DNA of 64,000 bases from Aquificaceae bacterium (GCA_026981975.1 JALSHV010000012.1:6703-70702), one strand, 5' to 3'. Positions 10,318 to 19,920 are shown, counted from the stretch's first letter. Program-made: numbers and translations. Notes: generated by a model from the letters alone, not told the origin.

Positions 10318-11142
10318 ATGATGATCACGGAGATATTGCAGAAAACAATTACAGAACCAGTAGAGTTTGAAGGCATAGGAATTCACAGCGGTGAGTGGAA
10401 TCGTATTATACTGTATCCTGCTCATGAAAATGAAGGAATATCCTTTTACATAAAAGGCTATAAAATACCTCTGAGTCCTGAATACGTGGTAAATACATTC
10501 CACTCCACAGATTTGGGAATCGGTGGAACTGTTATAAGAACAGTGGAACATCTCCTTGCTGTTTTTCATCTCTTGGGAATAACTAATCTGGTTGTTGAGG
10601 TTTTGGAAGGTTGTGAGATACCTATAATAGATGGAAGCGGATATTACTTTTACAAAAAACTAAAAGAAAAAATACTTATCCAAGGAGAAGAAGCGGAGGC
10701 TTACACAGTAGAAGAAGAAATTACAGTGCGGAGAGATAGATCCCTTGTAAAAGCTCTTCCCGCTCAGGAACTTGAAGTCACCTACGAAGGAGAATTCAAA
10801 TATTACAACGGCAAGTGCAGGCATACTTTTAGAGGAAACTTAAAGGATATAATACTTGCAAGAACTTTTTGCTTTGATCATGAAATTGAAATGATAAAGA
10901 AAAAAGGGCTTGGTAAAGGAGGAAGCCTTAAGAATACGCTTGTTCTTGGCAAAAATGGAGTTTATAATCAAGGAGGTCTCCGATACAGAGAAGAACCCAT
11001 AAGGCACAAGATACTTGATTTCATAGGAGATCTTTATCTCTTAGGTAAGCCTGTAAGAGGTAAATTCTTCTCCTTTAAAGGAGGACACAGCACTAATTTT
11101 GAACTGGTTAAAATACTTCACAAAAAATTGGTTTCCGTTTAA
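10318..11142 (+). CDS. lpxC: UDP-3-O-acyl-N-acetylglucosamine deacetylase
   Basis: 274 aa. Blocks HSTDLG, TVEHLL, ARTFCFDHEIE, GLGKGGSLKNTLVL and RHKILDFIGDLYLLG match the Aquifex aeolicus LpxC sequence as I recall it. It is similar but not identical. Confidence 0.95.
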   Translation: MMITEILQKTITEPVEFEGIGIHSGEWNRIILYPAHENEGISFYIKGYKIPLSPEYVVNTFHSTDLGIGGTVIRTVEHLLAVFHLLGITNLVVEVLEGCEIPIIDGSGYYFYKKLKEKILIQGEEAEAYTVEEEITVRRDRSLVKALPAQELEVTYEGEFKYYNGKCRHTFRGNLKDIILARTFCFDHEIEMIKKKGLGKGGSLKNTLVLGKNGVYNQGGLRYREEPIRHKILDFIGDLYLLGKPVRGKFFSFKGGHSTNFELVKILHKKLVSV

Positions 11143-11143
11143 A

Positions 11144-11788
11144 ATGCCTAAAACTTTAATAGTGGAAGTTCTCTCACCTGAAGAGAATATGAAAAGAGAT
11201 GAAGAAGCTCTTTTTGCTTTAGAAGTGGGAAGGGGCTTTCCTAATTACAGGATATTTAAATGGGATAGAATGTGTTTAAGTATAGGAAAAAATCAAAAAC
11301 CTCCTCAAAAACCACAACTTCCTTGGGTTAAAAGACCCACAGGAGGTGGAATTTTACTCCACGGCTGGGATATATCCTTTTCCTTTACGGATTTAAAAAG
11401 CAGATGGGGTAATAAACCTACGGATATATATATCAGAGTAGCTCAGTTTCTTGCTGATACTTTTAAAGAAGCGGGTGTATCTGTCCAGATACAGAAATTC
11501 CCAGGAAATTACAGAGAAAACCCCTATTGCTTTTATATACCTTCTTTCGGAGAAATTTCCCTTGAAGGGAAAAAACTTCTTTCACTAGCGATGAGAACTC
11601 TTAGGAAATCTTTTCTACTTCAGGGGAGTGTATATGAATTCTTTGACTTTAAAAGAGCTTCAGATTTACTAGGTGTTCCTGAAAAGGAACTTCGCAGCAG
11701 AATAATAACTCTTGAGGAGCTTCCTTTAAAAGGTGAGTTTATACTCCTTCTTAAAAAAAGACTTCAGGAGTTATTCAAGTCTTCTTAA
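11144..11788 (+). CDS. lipoate/octanoyl-protein ligase family protein (BPL/LPL catalytic domain)
   Basis: KRPTGGGILLHGWDISFSF and GKKLLSLAM resemble the LplA/LipM motifs RRxSGGGAVxH and GxKxxGxAQ. ATG 11144 directly follows the lpxC stop. The longer track ORF (11099) lies inside lpxC. Confidence 0.6.
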   Translation: MPKTLIVEVLSPEENMKRDEEALFALEVGRGFPNYRIFKWDRMCLSIGKNQKPPQKPQLPWVKRPTGGGILLHGWDISFSFTDLKSRWGNKPTDIYIRVAQFLADTFKEAGVSVQIQKFPGNYRENPYCFYIPSFGEISLEGKKLLSLAMRTLRKSFLLQGSVYEFFDFKRASDLLGVPEKELRSRIITLEELPLKGEFILLLKKRLQELFKSS

Positions 11789-13630
11789 GTGTATTAAAAT
11801 GGCTGTAATCGCCGCGGGAGTTATTCCTTCTATGCGGCTAGCCTGTCCTACAGTAAGGGGTTTTATCTTCTTTAGTTTTTCCCTTGCTTCACTGCTCAAA
11901 CCGGGAATGCGATCGTAATCTATATTCTCGGGGATAGGTGTATCTTCAAGTTTGCGGAACTTTTCATTGAGTTTTCTTTCCCTTTCTATGTAGGGTTCGT
12001 ATTTAAGCTGAATTTCCACTTCCTCTCTAATGTAGGAATCATGCGGAATTTCAACCCCTAAGTTTTCACTCACATCTTTCATAGAGTATCCAGCTGTAAA
12101 AAGAGTTGCTATTGTGTAATTCTTGGCTTCTTCTCCTAAGTATACGTATCTTTTTTCTTTTTTGTAAAAGCTTTTCCACTTTTCTATTTCCTCTTCTATC
12201 TCCTTTACCAACCTGAACTGTTCATCGCTAAGCAGTCCTAAGCTATGAGCTACTTTTGCAAGCCTGAGAATGGCGTTGTCTTGCCTTAAATAAAGTCTGT
12301 TTTCCGATCTTGAGGTAAAAAGCCTATAAGGCTCAGCAACCCCTTTGGTAGTTAGATCGTCTATCATTACTCCTATATAGCTTTCATCTCTTCTCAAATA
12401 AAAAAGTTCCTTCCCCATAGCTCTAAGAGCTGCGTTTATACCAGCAACTATACCTTGTGCCGCAGCTTCTTCATAACCTGTAGTTCCGTTGAAGTTCCCC
12501 GCATGGAAAAGTCCTTTAATTCTTTTCGTCTCCAATGTAGGAAATAACTCAGTGGGAGGGACTACATCGTATTCTATAGCGTATGCGGGACGTATGAGTT
12601 CTACTTTTTCTAATCCGGGAATGCTTCTGTACATTTCCCATTGGATCTCCTCAGGTAAAGAAGTAGATAAACCATTAGGGTATACTTCAACAGTATTCCA
12701 ACCTTCGGGCTCTAAAAATACAGTATGTCTGCTTTTATCAGGGAATTTTACAATTTTATCTTCTATTGAAGGACAATACCTAGGTCCTATTCCCTTTATC
12801 TTTCCCCCGTAAAGAGCTGTTCTGTGAAGATTCTCCCTTATTATCCTATGGGTTTTTTCCGTAGTGTATGTTATCCAACAGTCTTTCTGCTTTTTTCCAC
12901 TTTCAAACCAATAAGAGGCTTTCGGTTCAGTCCAGAAGGAAAACTTAGGAGGTGGATCGTCCCCCGGTGCCCTTTCAAGAAGAGAAAAGTCTATAGTTCT
13001 ACCGTCTAATCTTGCGGGTGTGCCGGTCTTGAATCTGAGAAGCGGAAATCCTTCTCTCCTGTAAAAGTTAGCAAGTTCCTCTGAACGTGGTTCCCACGCT
13101 CTTCCTGCAGGGAAAGTTCTATCTCCTATGTGTATAATACCGTTTAGAAAAGTTCCCGTTGTGACAACTACCGCTTTTGTTCTGTATTCAATTCCTAACT
13201 TTGTTTTTACAGCTACAACTTCCCTTTTGGAATTAAGAACAATATCTACAACTTCGTCCTGTTTTATGTAAAGATTTTCCTGTCTTTCGCATACCGATTT
13301 CATGTATTCCCTGTATTTAGCTTTGTCCGCCTGCGCTCGCGGGGATTGAACCGCTTTCCCTTTTCTGGTGTTGAGCATTTTGAACTGAATTCCCACTGTA
13401 TCTATAGCTTTTGCCATTTCCCCACCGAGTGCATCTATTTCCCTTACCACTATACCCTTTGCTATTCCACCTATTGCAGGGTTGCAAGACATCTGGCCTA
13501 TGCTGTCTACATTCAGAGTAAACATAAGAGTTTTAACTCCCATTCTTGCACTTGCAAGTGCAGCTTCTATGCCGGCGTGTCCTCCTCCTATAACGACTAC
13601 ATCAAATTCATCTACAAGCATAGTTCTCAA
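11771..13630 (-). CDS. mnmG: tRNA uridine-5-carboxymethylaminomethyl(34) synthesis enzyme MnmG (GidA)
   Basis: 619 aa. FAD motif VVVIGGGHAGIEAA and the conserved GidA core and C-terminal domain are present. Confidence 0.95.
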   Translation of the reverse strand: MRTMLVDEFDVVVIGGGHAGIEAALASARMGVKTLMFTLNVDSIGQMSCNPAIGGIAKGIVVREIDALGGEMAKAIDTVGIQFKMLNTRKGKAVQSPRAQADKAKYREYMKSVCERQENLYIKQDEVVDIVLNSKREVVAVKTKLGIEYRTKAVVVTTGTFLNGIIHIGDRTFPAGRAWEPRSEELANFYRREGFPLLRFKTGTPARLDGRTIDFSLLERAPGDDPPPKFSFWTEPKASYWFESGKKQKDCWITYTTEKTHRIIRENLHRTALYGGKIKGIGPRYCPSIEDKIVKFPDKSRHTVFLEPEGWNTVEVYPNGLSTSLPEEIQWEMYRSIPGLEKVELIRPAYAIEYDVVPPTELFPTLETKRIKGLFHAGNFNGTTGYEEAAAQGIVAGINAALRAMGKELFYLRRDESYIGVMIDDLTTKGVAEPYRLFTSRSENRLYLRQDNAILRLAKVAHSLGLLSDEQFRLVKEIEEEIEKWKSFYKKEKRYVYLGEEAKNYTIATLFTAGYSMKDVSENLGVEIPHDSYIREEVEIQLKYEPYIERERKLNEKFRKLEDTPIPENIDYDRIPGLSSEAREKLKKIKPLTVGQASRIEGITPAAITAILIHLRRLE

Positions 13631-13689
13631 TCCTACAAACTATTTTTATGCTAAATTATCTATTTAAGAAAATTTAAGGGAGGTGAACC

Positions 13690-14139
13690 ATGAAGAAAAT
13701 GTTGGCAATCATAGGGGGAGTTACTTTGTTCTGTGCAGGATCCCTCGCCGTTGAAAAGAGTAACACAGGTTGCGGGTTGGGCTACGTTCTTATGAAAGAT
13801 CAAAAAGGAATTCTTTTTGAAGCTCTTGCTGTTACTACCAACGGCACTTCTGCAAATCAAACTTTTGGAATAACCTCTGGAACTTCCGAGTGTGAAAGAC
13901 CCGCCAGCTTTGTGAAGAATGAGAAACTTTACAAATTCGTATCGGAAAATATGGACGAGTTAGCCCAAGATATAGCCCGCGGGGAAGGTAGGTATGTGGA
14001 AACCTTAGCAGATCTAATGCATATTCCTGCAGAGAGTAGATTTGAATTCTACACTAAATTAAAGAACAACTTTGATAAGATATTCCCATCAGAAGAGGTA
14101 AGCTCCGCGCACGTAATAGACACTATTGCAACTCTTTAA
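13690..14139 (+). CDS. secreted DUF3015-family protein
   Basis: 149 aa. It has a signal peptide. GCGLG, AVTTNGTSANQTFGITSGTSEC match the DUF3015 pattern as I recall it. RBS GGGAGGTG lies upstream. Confidence 0.6.
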   Translation: MKKMLAIIGGVTLFCAGSLAVEKSNTGCGLGYVLMKDQKGILFEALAVTTNGTSANQTFGITSGTSECERPASFVKNEKLYKFVSENMDELAQDIARGEGRYVETLADLMHIPAESRFEFYTKLKNNFDKIFPSEEVSSAHVIDTIATL

Positions 14140-15889
14140 AGATCTGATTCTAATTTTTATCCTCCTCTCAATCACCCCCGCCATAGGCGGGGGTCTTACA
14201 GAATTTCAAAAAAGATTGTGGTATCTTTTAATACACTTTAAAGGTGATGAAAGCACCATAGACGATCCCCGCTTCTTTCTGCATAAAGAGGGGAAAAAGT
14301 ATCCCTTAAAGGAACTTCAAGCAACAGTAGAGAAGATAAAGAGAAATCCCAGACTCAGATGCAAATTTCCAGCAAGAGCTTTTTTTATTGAACACTATCT
14401 TAAAATAGACTTACCTGAAGAGAAGTGTCCACAGCTTGAAAAATTCCTTTCAGAACTTGAAGGCAGTAGAATCAGTTTAGTTTTTGCAGATTCTCATATA
14501 AACAGTCCCGCTTCTATGTTCGGTCATACTTTTATAAGGATTTTTAAAAGAGAAGGAGATCTTTACTCCTACATAGTCAACTACGCAGCTCATGTAGATG
14601 ATCCCGCGGGACTTTTATACGCTTTTAAAGGAATTTTTGGCTTTTACAGAGGTTATTATTCAGTAGCTCCTTTTTACTCCAAGATAAAAGAATACTCTGG
14701 TATTGAAGGAAGAGATCTATGGGAATATGAACTCAAAATTGATAAAGAACACTTGTATCTGTTAAAACTCCACCTTTGGGAGCTTAAAAAAGTTTACGCA
14801 TACTATTACTTTTTTAACGAAAATTGCTCAACGGAAGTGTTTTTTCTCCTTAACTTTACCGATCCCTCTGAAAAACTTGAACTCACTACCCCTTGGACTG
14901 TTCCTACAGATACAATAAAAGCTCTTATCAAAAGCGGTAGGGTTGTCTCTGTAAGATATGAACCTTCCCTTTTGACTAAACTCAAAGCGCGGGAAAGATT
15001 TCTAAAAAAGGAAGATATAATACTGCTGAAGAACTGGATAAGAGGAAAGTCAGATATACCTGAAAATAGGGATACGACTTTCTACGAATTCGCAGCTGAC
15101 TATCTTAGATTCCTTTACTACGGCTCGGTTATAGATTTGAAAACATATCGTGGTAAGTATCTAAAAGTTCTAAGGATAAGAAGTAGAAAACCCGAAAGCA
15201 AAGGCAAGTTAGTTTTCAAAAAAGAGAAGCCTCATCTTTCACACAATCCTCAAAGATTTTCTCTTTCAATAGGCTACCGAAAAGAGGGATACTTCACGGA
15301 ATTAGCTTACAGACCCGTCTATCACGATCTTCTGGACAGATCTTACGGATACAAGAAAAATGCGGAGATAATTTTTTCGGAGATAGCTCTGAGATTTTTT
15401 CAAAAGGAAAAGGATCTTGAACTATCCCGATGGAAGTTCATAAGAATAGTTTCCTTAGAACCAATACTTTCCTTTTATAAACCTATCTCGTGGAAAGTAG
15501 ATTTTGGACTATACAGAACACTAACAACAAATGGCTCGGAAGAGCTTTCTCTTTTGATCAACACGGGAGGGGGATATACCTTGGGATTTGATGTGCTTTC
15601 TGTATTTATACTACCTGATATAAAACTCACAGGCGGGGAGGGTTTTTACGGAACTGCGGTAGGAACTGAAATAGGCATCTTATCACAAAATGAGTTCTTT
15701 TCTTTGCTCTTTTCCGTATCTGCCGGACGTTATTTGCTGGGTTTTGATAAAGAAAAATACCTTTATTTAAAAGGTGGTTTGAATATACCTTTTTTAAAAG
15801 ACTTAGCTTTTAGAACCGAAGGAGGTTATAAAAGACTTGGTGACAAAAAAAGCTCTGAGCTTAGGATTTCTTTTCTTCTTTACTTTTAG
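14126..15889 (+). CDS. DUF4105 (Lnb N-terminal periplasmic domain) protein with C-terminal beta-barrel-like region
   Basis: 587 aa. TTG start with a signal-like N-terminus. DUF4105 marks are SMFGHTFIRIF and YYYFFNENCSTEV. The C-terminal roughly 230 aa has an alternating beta-strand pattern ending in the aromatic ISFLLYF, which is OMP-like. Confidence 0.6.
   Translation: MQLFKDLILIFILLSITPAIGGGLTEFQKRLWYLLIHFKGDESTIDDPRFFLHKEGKKYPLKELQATVEKIKRNPRLRCKFPARAFFIEHYLKIDLPEEKCPQLEKFLSELEGSRISLVFADSHINSPASMFGHTFIRIFKREGDLYSYIVNYAAHVDDPAGLLYAFKGIFGFYRGYYSVAPFYSKIKEYSGIEGRDLWEYELKIDKEHLYLLKLHLWELKKVYAYYYFFNENCSTEVFFLLNFTDPSEKLELTTPWTVPTDTIKALIKSGRVVSVRYEPSLLTKLKARERFLKKEDIILLKNWIRGKSDIPENRDTTFYEFAADYLRFLYYGSVIDLKTYRGKYLKVLRIRSRKPESKGKLVFKKEKPHLSHNPQRFSLSIGYRKEGYFTELAYRPVYHDLLDRSYGYKKNAEIIFSEIALRFFQKEKDLELSRWKFIRIVSLEPILSFYKPISWKVDFGLYRTLTTNGSEELSLLINTGGGYTLGFDVLSVFILPDIKLTGGEGFYGTAVGTEIGILSQNEFFSLLFSVSAGRYLLGFDKEKYLYLKGGLNIPFLKDLAFRTEGGYKRLGDKKSSELRISFLLYF
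14174..14194 (+). other. GC-rich perfect hairpin (9-bp stem, 3-nt loop) inside the 5' end of the DUF4105 gene
   Basis: ACCCCCGCC-ATA-GGCGGGGGT, 35 nt after the DUF3015 stop. No U-tract follows. Confidence 0.5.
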
Positions 15890-16679
15890 TTTTTTTTCCT
15901 GTTCTTCTTTCTTCTTTTATCCCAGTAGGGAACTGTTGAAAAATCCTTATATTGAATCTTTTTCCTACCGTGATGTGTTTTTTTCCTCAAAAGACGGCAT
16001 AAAGCTCCACGGTTGGTATGTGTTTGCCAAGACCTCTAAACCTAAGGCAACGATAGTTTTATTCCACGGGAATGCAGAAAATATAAGCACCCATGTAAAT
16101 GCAGGACTTTGGCTTGTAAAGGCAGGCTATGATCTTTTTATATTTGATTACAGGGGTTATGGACTTTCCGAAGGGAAACCCTCTCTTACCGGTATTCATT
16201 TAGACGGGATATCTGCATTGCATAAGGCTTTGGAAATAGGGAGATCAGATCAACTGATAGTCTTCGGTCAGAGCCTCGGAGCTGCTGTTTCTATCTATTC
16301 AGTTGCTAACTTTCCTTTCAAAGATAAGATAAAATTGCTTATTCTGGACAGTCCCTTCGCAGATTACGAACTTATACTTAGAGATAAGTTGAAAGAAACT
16401 TTTATTCTTTACCCTTTTTCCTTCTTAAGCGGTTTTCTAATAGACAACACTTATAGTCCTTTAAAATGGATAGAAGCAATTAAACCTACACCTGTTGTAA
16501 TCTTACACGGAAGAAAGGATAAAATAATTCCCGTAAGACACAGCTTGTTGTTAGCGAAGAAAGTAAATTGGGAAAAACTTGTCATCATCACGAATTCTGA
16601 TCATATACTTTCTCTTACGGAAGTTAAAGCGAGAAGCAAGGTGTTGAAAAAAATAGGAGAAGTTCTTAAAGATGAGTGA
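15837..16679 (+). CDS. alpha/beta-fold hydrolase, probable lipoprotein
   Basis: 280 aa. Lipobox-like FFSCS. Nucleophile elbow GQSLG, plus candidate Asp (LDSPF) and His (SDHI) of the triad. The start is uncertain (TTG 15837 or GTG 15840). Confidence 0.8.
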   Translation: MVTKKALSLGFLFFFTFSFFSCSSFFFYPSRELLKNPYIESFSYRDVFFSSKDGIKLHGWYVFAKTSKPKATIVLFHGNAENISTHVNAGLWLVKAGYDLFIFDYRGYGLSEGKPSLTGIHLDGISALHKALEIGRSDQLIVFGQSLGAAVSIYSVANFPFKDKIKLLILDSPFADYELILRDKLKETFILYPFSFLSGFLIDNTYSPLKWIEAIKPTPVVILHGRKDKIIPVRHSLLLAKKVNWEKLVIITNSDHILSLTEVKARSKVLKKIGEVLKDE

Positions 16680-17481
16680 TAAAAATTGCACTTTAAGAAT
16701 CCCTCAAGGGTATGAAGAAAAAGTTAAAAGATTTCTAAAAAAAGAAGGATTTGAATTTAGAAAAATCAAAAATGCTCTGTGGAGTTGCAAGAAAGATAGA
16801 GTATGCGTGAATATGTATCCCAGCGGGATAATTCTCTTACAAGGTAGTGATGCTTTCAAATGGCAGGAAAAGATATTATCTGAAATAGAAATACCGAAAA
16901 GAGTTCTTATAGGTTGTGATGAAGCTGGTAAAGGTGAGATATTCGGTCCTCTTGTAGTGTGTTGTGCAGTAATTTATCCTGAAAACTTTAAATCTGTTAT
17001 AAAAACCGCTCCCCGTGATTCTAAGAAAGTTAACAGTGAAAAATTAAAGAGGATCGTTACAGAGCTTAAGCCCCTTATCTGTTTAAAATACGAAATTTTA
17101 AAACCGAAAGATTTCAACGATCTATACGGAAAATACAAAAATTTGAATAAATTACTTGATGAAATATACAGAAGATTGATTGTAAGAATACGCTCTGAAT
17201 TCCCTTCTTCCAGTATAGTGATAGATGCTTACAGAAAGAATAATCCCTTCGGTAAAGAAGTTCACTTGAAAGAAAAAGCGGATAGTAAGTATATTGAAGT
17301 AAGTGTGGCAAGCTTATTTGCCAAGCATATATATCTCCAAGAAATTAAAAAAATTGAAGAGGATTTCAATCTAATAGTAACAGGAAGATCTCCTTTTGAA
17401 CTGAAAACCCTTGCAAGGAAGCTTTTAAAAAACTCACCTAAAAAGGCAAGAGAGATAATAAAGATAAGTTATATTATTTAA
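16672..17481 (+). CDS. rnhC: ribonuclease HIII
   Basis: 269 aa. A roughly 80-aa N-terminal substrate-binding-like domain precedes the catalytic block CDEAGKGEIFGPLVV (compare RNase HIII DESGKGDxFGPL). Confidence 0.7.
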   Translation: MSDKNCTLRIPQGYEEKVKRFLKKEGFEFRKIKNALWSCKKDRVCVNMYPSGIILLQGSDAFKWQEKILSEIEIPKRVLIGCDEAGKGEIFGPLVVCCAVIYPENFKSVIKTAPRDSKKVNSEKLKRIVTELKPLICLKYEILKPKDFNDLYGKYKNLNKLLDEIYRRLIVRIRSEFPSSSIVIDAYRKNNPFGKEVHLKEKADSKYIEVSVASLFAKHIYLQEIKKIEEDFNLIVTGRSPFELKTLARKLLKNSPKKAREIIKISYII

Positions 17482-17485
17482 TAAA

Positions 17486-17557
17486 GGCGACGTGGCCGAG
17501 CGGTTAGGCGAGGGACTGCAAATCCCTTTTACGGCGGTTCGAATCCGCCCGTCGCCT
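17486..17557 (+). tRNA. tRNA-Cys (GCA)
   Basis: I folded the cloverleaf by hand. Acceptor GGCGACG/CGTCGCC. Anticodon stem AGGGA/TCCCT with loop CTGCAAA. T arm GGCGG-TTCGAAT-CCGCC. 5-nt variable loop. Discriminator U. No encoded CCA. Confidence 0.9.
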
Positions 17558-17565
17558 TTTTGGAT

Positions 17566-18822
17566 ATGAAAAGATTTCTTGTCTGGGGTCTGGGAAGAAG
17601 TGGGACAGCTGCGGTAGAACTTCTCAAAAGAAAGGGTTTTGAAGTTTTTTCAGGAGATGATTCTAAAGGTGACAGATGGGAGGATTTAATAGAGATTGTA
17701 GATACTGTAGTCCTATCACCTGGAATTGCGCCCACTCACCCTTTATGGAAAGAAGCAAAAAGAAAAGAATTAGAAATAATAGGAGAGTTGGAGCTTGCGG
17801 ATAGATTTTTTAAAGGGAGAAAAATAGCTATAACGGGAACTGATGGAAAGTCCACTACAAGTCGTCTAATATACCTTATGTTGTCCAGTGCAGGTTTTAA
17901 AGCTTTTGAAGCGGGTAATTCAGGAGTTCCTCTTTCCAGAAGGGTTTTAGAGGGGAAAGACGGTATAGCTGTTTTGGAGGTTTCCTCTTTCCAAGGAAAG
18001 ACCCTTAAAAACTTCAGACCGGAAATAGGAATTTTTATCAACTTTTCTCCCGATCATTTAGATTGGCATACAGACATTAAAGATTATCTGAACAGTAAAT
18101 ACAATATTTTCAAAAGGCAAAAAGAAGAAGATCTTCTCTTTGGAGAATTTTCCTCAATGGAAATATCAAAAACACCTTCCGTTGCAAAGAGAATAGATAT
18201 ATCAAAAGAAGTGAAGATAGAAAAAGATTTTGTTAAATACAACGGAGATATCCTTTTCAGTTTAAAAGATCTTAAGCTCAGAGGACAGCACAATTTGAAA
18301 AACGTTCTCCTTGCCAGCTTAGTTGCTTATCATACTGGAGTTTCGCCTGAAAAGATAAGAAGCGTCATCAGAAATTTTAAAGGACTTCCCTTTAGATTAG
18401 AGCATCTGATAACCTTTAAAGGTATTAAAGTTTACAACGATTCCAAGTCAACAACTCCCAATGCTCTTAAGAACGCTCTTGAAAGCTTTCCCAATGGAAA
18501 GGTAATACTTATAGCGGGCGGGAAGGATAAAGGAGCGGATTTTTCCTTTATTAAAGAAACAGTTCGACAGAAGGTAAAGTTTGCCATTTTCATAGGAGAA
18601 ACCGCAGAAAAGTTAAAAGATACCTTTAGAGGAGATACAGAAGTCAAGACAGAAGCGAGTTTGGAAAAAGCAGTGAAAATGGCTTTTGAAAGAGCTAAAC
18701 CTGGAGATTTTATCCTTTTCTCCCCCGGTTGTTCTTCCTTTGATATGTTTCCTGGATACAGAGAAAGAGGAGAAGCTTTTAACAGAATTGTTAAACTATA
18801 TAAGTATGTCCGAAGTAGGTAA
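17566..18822 (+). CDS. murD: UDP-N-acetylmuramoylalanine--D-glutamate ligase
   Basis: Mur ligase P-loop GTDGKSTT and typical MurD N-terminal Rossmann-like domain. ATG 17566 is preferred over TTG 17560. Confidence 0.92.
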   Translation: MKRFLVWGLGRSGTAAVELLKRKGFEVFSGDDSKGDRWEDLIEIVDTVVLSPGIAPTHPLWKEAKRKELEIIGELELADRFFKGRKIAITGTDGKSTTSRLIYLMLSSAGFKAFEAGNSGVPLSRRVLEGKDGIAVLEVSSFQGKTLKNFRPEIGIFINFSPDHLDWHTDIKDYLNSKYNIFKRQKEEDLLFGEFSSMEISKTPSVAKRIDISKEVKIEKDFVKYNGDILFSLKDLKLRGQHNLKNVLLASLVAYHTGVSPEKIRSVIRNFKGLPFRLEHLITFKGIKVYNDSKSTTPNALKNALESFPNGKVILIAGGKDKGADFSFIKETVRQKVKFAIFIGETAEKLKDTFRGDTEVKTEASLEKAVKMAFERAKPGDFILFSPGCSSFDMFPGYRERGEAFNRIVKLYKYVRSR

Positions 18823-19030
18823 ATTGTTAATCCTCTTCGGAGCTGTTTTACTAATTCTTGGCGTTCTGATGTTATTGATGGAAAAACTCCCCTTAGGTAT
18901 AGGACGTCTACCCGGAGATATAGTTATTAAAAAGGATAACTTCGTATTTTACTTTCCTTTGGTTACGTCCTTACTCATAAGCATAGTGCTGACACTTATC
19001 TTGAATCTCATCTTCGGAATGAAGAAGTAG
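18806..19030 (+). CDS. DUF2905-family small membrane protein
   Basis: 74 aa from ATG 18806. GRLPGDIVIKKDNFVFYFPLVTSLLISIVL matches the DUF2905 signature. The longer track ORF (18686) lies inside murD. Confidence 0.6.
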   Translation: MSEVGKLLILFGAVLLILGVLMLLMEKLPLGIGRLPGDIVIKKDNFVFYFPLVTSLLISIVLTLILNLIFGMKK

Positions 19031-19448
19031 GTTTCTTTTTTTTGTAAATTTGTGATAAAACACCGTTTACAAACTTCATTGCTTTTTTATCAGCATACTT
19101 TTTAACTATATCTACGTAATCGTTAAAAGCTCTACCCGGATCTGGTGGTTTCATAAAGATAAGCTCTGCAGTTCCCAATCTTAGAATATTTCTCTCTATA
19201 TAACCTAATCTGTCAAAATTCCAATCCTCAAGATGCTCTGAAATAACCGCATCTATCTGAGGAAGTTTTTCCCTTACAGTGCCTATAAGTTTACTCATAT
19301 AGTCTAAAACTTCCCTATTTTTAATGTTTTTCTCTTCTACTATTTCTCCGAATATCTTCTCAAAAGAATCTCCTCTTATATCCCAACGATAGAGTACCAT
19401 TAGGCTATGTTCCCTTGCTTTTTTTCTGAAACGCATGGCGTTATTCAA
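19008..19448 (-). CDS. nusB: transcription antitermination factor NusB
   Basis: 146 aa with a NusB-like sequence. It shows the classic ribH-nusB pairing with an 8-nt overlap. Confidence 0.88.
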   Translation of the reverse strand: MNNAMRFRKKAREHSLMVLYRWDIRGDSFEKIFGEIVEEKNIKNREVLDYMSKLIGTVREKLPQIDAVISEHLEDWNFDRLGYIERNILRLGTAELIFMKPPDPGRAFNDYVDIVKKYADKKAMKFVNGVLSQIYKKKKPTSSFRR

Positions 19449-19899
19449 GTTCTTTGAGAAGATTCACCATCTCTATTGCTGAAAGAGCGGACTCCCACCC
19501 TTTGTTTCCTCTTTTTGTTCCGGCTCTTTCCACAGCTTGCTCTAAGCTCTCAGCGGTAATAATTCCAAAGGAAACAGGTTTACCGATTTCAAGATGCAAG
19601 TTAGCCAAGGCTTTTGAAACTTCCGCAGCTATGTAGTCAAAGTGTAGAGTTTCTCCTCGGATCAAAACCCCCAGCGCTATAACTGCATCAGTGCGCTTTA
19701 GCAGTTTTTTTACAGCCAGCGGTATCTCCCATGAACCGGGGACACGCACAATCTCTATGTTTTTGTCTTCTCCACCGTGTCTGAGAATACAATCCACAGC
19801 CCCCTCTACCAGTTTATCCACAAGCAGATGGTTAAATCGGGAAGCTACTATGCCGAATTTATACCCTTCAGCCTTTAAGTTGCCTTCGTAAATTTTCAT
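19441..19899 (-). CDS. ribH: 6,7-dimethyl-8-ribityllumazine synthase
   Basis: 152 aa. [18 protein letters not shown] and [13 protein letters not shown] are present. Confidence 0.95.
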   Translation of the reverse strand: MKIYEGNLKAEGYKFGIVASRFNHLLVDKLVEGAVDCILRHGGEDKNIEIVRVPGSWEIPLAVKKLLKRTDAVIALGVLIRGETLHFDYIAAEVSKALANLHLEIGKPVSFGIITAESLEQAVERAGTKRGNKGWESALSAIEMVNLLKELE

Positions 19900-19920
19900 T
19901 GTGTAATAATTATAAAATAC

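Noticed and set aside
17486-17557. tRNA-Cys as a possible integration site for a genomic island
   Set aside because: There is no integrase, no phage or plasmid genes, and no direct repeat of the tRNA 3' end that I could see nearby. Both flanks are housekeeping genes (rnhC, murD).
18686-18805. N-terminal 40-codon extension of the DUF2905 ORF. Analogous extensions occur at 11099-11143, 21317-21343, 24916-24975, 26844-26864, 36251-36286 and 41615-41647.
   Set aside because: These extensions lie inside the preceding or opposing gene in another frame. The internal ATG gives the family-typical N-terminus, often with a proper RBS.
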